Shown here piece by piece: positions 35,067 to 40,197 of a stretch of 40,197 bases of DNA. Source of the DNA: Vicugna vicugna. Its lineage: Eukaryota. The DNA is taken from NCBI GenBank assembly GCA_013265495.1, contig MU058781.1, positions 310,001-350,197 on the forward strand, read 5' to 3'. Made by a program: the position numbers and the translations under genes. The stretch's first letter is position 1. Every line of letters begins with the position of its first letter. Below the pieces are notes generated by a model. That model was not told where the DNA came from. It worked only from the letters and a program-made list of their open reading frames with translations, and did no database searches.

Positions 35067-37450
35067 CGCATTATTCCATGGTACAGATACATCACAGTTT
35101 GTCAAACATGCACTCATTAAAGAGTATCTGGGTAGTTTCCAGTTTGGGGCTGTGTCAAATAAAGCTGCTGTAGACATCCATGTACAAATTTCTGTAGGAA
35201 AATAAGTTTTTTATTTCTCTGGGATAAATGCCTAGGAGTGCAATGGTGAGTTGTATGCTAAGACCTTTAAAAAACTGCAAACTGTTTTTCAGAGTGTACC
35301 AGTCTACCAGTGAGAGTATCACACCACTCCACCAATTGTATGCACCCCTAATGTGTGCTTATAGTACTCATACTGCATCCTTACAGTGCTCATAAGTACT
35401 CACGACGTGTACTTACACTCAGAGCAAGTCATGCACGCTCAGTCATGCATACCCATTGTGTATCCTTAGGTACACTCACCAGTTCTGTACACTCACACAT
35501 AGAAATCTGGTTTCTCTGCATACTCATCAGCATTTGATGTTATCACAATTTTTAAATCTGAAACAGTCCAATAGGTGTTTACCGATAATTACATTACAAT
35601 TCGTCTCTTTTTTCCCTCTTAGCAGGGTGTTTTGCAGAGCAAACATCTGCAAACCTGACGAAGTCTGATTTCTCAGTTTTTCCTTTCATGGACGGTGCTC
35701 CCTTCATCTCTTCTTTAAGGGCTGATCTGCTGGGGACAAATTCCATTACGTTTCTTTCTTCTGAGAATGTCTCCAGTTCCCCTGCATTTCTGAAGGATAG
35801 TCTCGCAGGGTACTGAGTTCTGGGTGGACAATTCTTTTCTTTCAGCACTTGAAAGGTGCTTTGACCCTTCTTTCTGGCTTCTGTAGTTTCAGATGAGAAA
35901 TGCACTGTTATTTGAACTAATGTTGCCCTATAGGAAATGTACCATTTCTCTCTGGTCGTTTTAAATTTTTTTCTTTGTTTTCAGTTTTCAGTTTAGTTGT
36001 TCAAGTTTAATTATGTTGAGTCTTGATATGGATTTTTTTTTAATTTATCTTATTTGGGGGCATTCAGCTTCTTGAGTCTGTAATATTATGTTTTTCACTA
36101 AATTTGGGAAGTTAAGCCGCTGTCTCTTTAAATACATTTTCAGCCCCACAACCTTTCTGCTCTGAATCTAGGACTCTGACGGTACAGCTCTTTTAGCTCT
36201 TTTCTGTTGTCCCATGACTCCTCTTATGGTTAGAGTTATTCACGTCTTCGTCTGTTTTCTGCCTTCATCTGTTTCTGTTGTGTAGATTGAACAAACTGTT
36301 GATCTGTTCCCACCTTCACTGATTCTACCCTGTAACATTTCTACTCTACTATCGAGCCCACCCAGAACGTTTTTATTGCAATTATTCTGTTTTCCAGTTA
36401 TTCCTGTTTAGTTCATTTTTATAACTTCGATGACTCTGCTAAAATTTTCTTTTTTCCCCCCACTTTTTCAAGAGAATTGGTCATTGTTGAAGTGCTACAT
36501 GATAGCTGCCTTCAAATGTTCCCAGGGGACCCCAACACCCAGTCCGTCTCGGTGCTGGCTGGTGGCTTTGTCTTTTCTCACTGAAGTGTGACTTGTTTGT
36601 TTTGTTTTGTCTGAATGATTCTTGGTACGATGCGTGACTTTCCTGCGTATGTCCTAGCTGTTTGGGATATAGTGTTAGGAGATTCTTCGTTCTATTTACA
36701 CCTTCTTTTTCAGCCGTCAGTGACTCTGAGGAGGTTTAGCACGTAAGTCCGGGGTTATTTTATGGGCTGTAGTTCTGATGACAATTTAATTTTTAGAGAC
36801 TTCGCGATGCTGTTCTGGTTGGTTTTATTCTCATGGCTTTGCTGGGGTTCTTGATCGATTCTTGTACGTGACACTCACTCTTCCAAGTGCCACGGGGTGG
36901 GGGGTTCAGGAAACACTGGGCCTTAGTCACTGCTGCTGGGGTGGACTGTGTCACCCCTGCCCTGGGCGTGGGGTGGGGGCTCTGCGGACGCTCACGGTGG
37001 CAGCTCAGGCCTGCCACTGTTCAGGGTGGGGGGCTGACCTCTCCGCTGCTTCTGCTGAGAGTCCACTGGAAAGAGTGAGGATGGGTTCCCGGGTAGGCCG
37101 GGCTGACGGTGGGCAGGGGTGGATTTCCCTGTTAGGTCTCTGCTGAGCTGCCCTTTTTGAGCTTTTTGGTCAGAAGTAGCAGTCTTTCCTTGTTTGTTTT
37201 TTATGCCTCTTGGCAGTTTCAGGCTGCAGGTCTTGCCTCAATCCAGTCTTGCATATATGAGAGACAAAAAGAAAATCCAGGAACTCAGTTTGGTGTCTTT
37301 CCTCAAGTCCTGAGATTCCTAGACCATCCAGCTTCTTCCGTCTGTCTTTTAGAGTCCTTCCGTGGTCATCTGCTGTATTACTTCCAGGGTATAAAAATGT
37401 GTTTACAGCAAAGGCCCTGGGGGAAATGAGCCTAGAATATCCTGTCTCAT
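35067..37450 (-). mobile_element. Ancient L1 (L1MC/L1MD-like) retaining 5'UTR and ORF1 with most of ORF2 deleted
   Basis: ORF 35594..35905 gives an ORF1p C-terminal domain (FSSETTEARK..FQVLKEKNCPPRTQYPARLSF..ELETFSE..EFVPSRSALKE). 35067-35698 is ORF2 3' sequence. About 36500-37450 resembles an L1M4-type 5' region. Confidence 0.88.
35321..35500. repeat. Degenerate low-complexity insert built from (gt)ac(a)ctca-like motifs
   Basis: gtactca x2, tacactca x3 and agtcatgca x2, interrupting otherwise collinear L1 sequence. Confidence 0.6.
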
Positions 37451-38834
37451 CATACATTTTCAAAATATTTTATCTATATTTTCTCAAGAGGATTGGACAG
37501 AACACCTACGCTACCTTTGAACTGAAACTGGATCTCTACATAGTAAATGTACACAGTTAACATGCTACGTAGAGATGTTTGCTGCTGGAATACACTCGTT
37601 AGTGATCTTTGTAAGTCCTCCTATCCTGATTCATTCGCTCATACTGCTACCCCCGTTCGCTGCTACTTCCTTAGTAAAGCCCACCCAGAGGACACATAAC
37701 TCTGCCTTTGAGCTCTGCTCCCAGTTTCATACCAGTCACAGCCTCCTCTCACACGCCCTTCCTTCCCACAGATTCATTTCCTGGTTGAGTGCTACGGCGA
37801 AAAATGTTTTCATTATCTCAGGAGTTTTTATTTTAACACAAGTTACGACACGTTCATCCAAAACAATAACTGTGGTATTTCAGTGGCCTGAAGAACAACT
37901 GGGAACATTTCAAAAGATAATCCAAGGGTCAAATGAAGTCACAGATAAAAAGCACCACATAAATGTTATTTGTTACCGAGGCAAGATGAGACGATTCGAC
38001 TTTACCTTTGCTTTCTTTATTCAATGTTTGAGTGATCAGAGCCATAGGAACCATTACAGACTATTATGCCAAATATTAAAAATAATCTTTCAAAACTATC
38101 CGCCATTGTCAGCTTTCCCTTATAGTATCAGAGGGGCTTCTATATTAAATAATAGCAAATGATTTCAGATAAAATGTTTCTGCAACAGTTAATCATAAAA
38201 AAATGCTTTTTCCACTACATGATGCATGGGTCATCATGAAACTTTTATCTGCTTACTATTGACTACAAATATTACTAATATCCCAAACCTTTTCGTTTTA
38301 ATTTTAAGAAACTCAATTTCCAATAATGGTGTCTTGTCACTTTCATATATCAACCACTCTCACCTTTACATCAAGCTGTATTATATTTCATTATATTAAC
38401 TTATCTGTGCCACAACATCTATTGGCTAAATGGATAGATCTTAATCAGCAAGTCATCTGAGCTTCATTTTATTATAGATTTGATTCTTGAAATACTCAAG
38501 GAAAAGACTACCCAAAAGATCAGTATTTCTTTGAGTTTTTATTTACATCCAAGTTTTGTTGTCCTCAGTATGTGTGAGAAGACTACTTTATGTTGATCTT
38601 CAGTGTTTTCTAGCCAACAGTAACTTGTGAATTGGAAAACAAATTGCTTAGACAAAGTGAAGGCATAAGAAAGGCTGATAACAGCTTCTTAGGATAAGTG
38701 GAGCATTTATAATTTAAGTTTTTGGAGCCCTAAGGTGAGAGACAGAATTGAAGTTGTTTGAACCCAAAGGTAAGAGACCTATGTGTTCTGTAATGTGAAG
38801 AACACTGGACATAATAACATCATTGCAAGTTCAT

Positions 38835-39170
38835 GCAATTCCTTGAGTTAATCAGCTAGCAGGTGTTTCTGAGTGCCACTCTGCAGCCGGTAACATGAAG
38901 AACGGCACATGTTTTGGTGAATAACACAAACATGGTCCTTACTCCCAGGGAGTCTGAACTGTAATGCAAGCAACCCATAACAAAGAACAAATAAATGGAT
39001 AAGTGGAAATTTTAGTAAGTAGAAATGATGAAAACCAGCCAAGGGTGGGGGGGTGCATTAGAAAATACCTGACTGGTACTGAGGAGTGGAAAAAGGGAGG
39101 GTGAATTTCAGTGGGGACATTCTAGGACGCCGCTGTTAACAGAGATCTGAAGGTTGGGAACAAGCTCGGT
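38835..39170 (-). mobile_element. L2 3' end
   Basis: tgtttctgagtgccactctgcagcc..ggtgaataacacaaacatggtccttactcccagggagtct..agagatctgaagg. Confidence 0.65.
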
Positions 39171-39282
39171 GCTCTGGCCGGAAGCCATCTTTGCTGCCAC
39201 AGTCCCGCCAGCTTACCTACAGCTATAGTCCTAGAGACGAGGATCTAGGGATGTTTTTGCCCATGAACTTGGATGAGTTTTT

Positions 39283-39907
39283 TCCCATTTATTTCCTAGA
39301 TGGGATTCTGTACCTCTCAACCTCCTTCCCCTATTTCACCAGTCCCCCGACTCTCCTCCCCTCTGATACCCACCAGTTTGTTCTCTGTATCTATGAATCT
39401 GTTTCTGTTTTGTTTTGTATGTTTTTAAGATTCCACATGTAAGTGAAATATAAGTAAAATCAAATGTTATTTTTATTTCTCTGTCTCATTTATCTCACTT
39501 AGCATAATAGGTCTATCCATGTCATCACCAAGGGCAAGATTTCATTCTTTTTTATGGCTAAGTAATATTCCACTGTGTGTGCCTTTGTGTGTGTGTATAC
39601 GCATATACCACATCTTCTTTATTCATTCATCTGTTAGTGGACATTGAGGTTGCTTCCATGTCTTGGCTATTATAAATAGTGCTGCAATGAACATAGCGAT
39701 ACACATATGTTTTGAATTAGCGTTTTCATATTTTTTTAGATAAATACCGAGAAGTGGGATTGCTGGATCTTATGGTAACTCTATTTTTAGTTTTCTGAGG
39801 AACCTCCATACTGTCTTCCAGAGTGGTTGCACAGTTTATATTCTCCCCAGCAGTGCGTGAGTGTTCCTTTTTCTGTGCATCCTCACCAATGCTTGTAGTT
39901 TCTTGTC
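39283..39907 (-). mobile_element. Truncated L1, L1MA9-like (ORF2 end plus partial 3'UTR)
   Basis: caccagtttgttctctgtatctatgaatctg..agattccacatgtaagtga..tgcttccatgtcttggctattataaatagtgctgcaatgaacata..ctgaggaacctccatactg. Candidate TSD tggatgagttttt / tggatgggtttct. Confidence 0.93.
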
Positions 39908-40197
39908 TGGATGGGTTTCTATGTAAAATAATCTCCATTATTTATTCACATCGTGGGGTGGTGGTGAAGATGATAAGAGAATCCCTTTTTCCCAAGACCC
40001 AGCTCTACTCAGGCTGATCGTAGTTTGTTGAATGAGTTAGTGGTCAACATGTATTGCATAAAACAGATTTGAAACCTATTATCTTAAATTATCCCATAAA
40101 ACGATCCTCTTTCCTATGTCTCAAGAAACACATAATTGCACACAATGCAGGACGGAGCCCTAGACCACTTGGTAGGCTTAGGAATGAAAGCAGCCCG

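Noticed and set aside
37575..38162. Longest ORF in the window (195 aa)
   Set aside because: No recognisable domain, composition typical of translated non-coding DNA, and no supporting gene structure. An ORF of this length can occur by chance in 40 kb.

Overview
This is eukaryotic, mammalian genomic DNA, either intronic or intergenic, and not microbial. I find no credible protein-coding gene, RNA gene or CRISPR array. The only ORFs with recognisable protein motifs are decayed LINE-1 ORF1p/ORF2p fragments; the rest look like random ORFs, many with non-ATG starts. Much of the window is transposon fossils. Ancient mammal-wide elements include MIR, L2, L1ME/HAL1, MLT1, LTR16, LTR41 and MER5A. There are also two L1MA9-like copies, an internally deleted L1MC/MD-like copy, two ERV1-type solo LTRs and five short L1 3' ends of artiodactyl type. 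No Alu, Bov-tA/BovB, PRE-1, CAN-SINE, ERE-1 or CHR SINE is visible. Together with the L1 tail at 7001, this points to a camelid genome (inference). Repeat-poor stretches at about 9.6-12.4 kb and 13.9-18.9 kb look like candidate regulatory DNA. Family names come from my recollection of consensus sequences, not a RepeatMasker run, and boundaries without a target-site duplication (TSD) are approximate. I see no convincing new biological system. The findings are modest structural observations: an in-frame ORF1-ORF2 L1 deletion junction, nested insertions, exact tandem duplications, an L1 ending at an internal AATAAA, and motif clusters.
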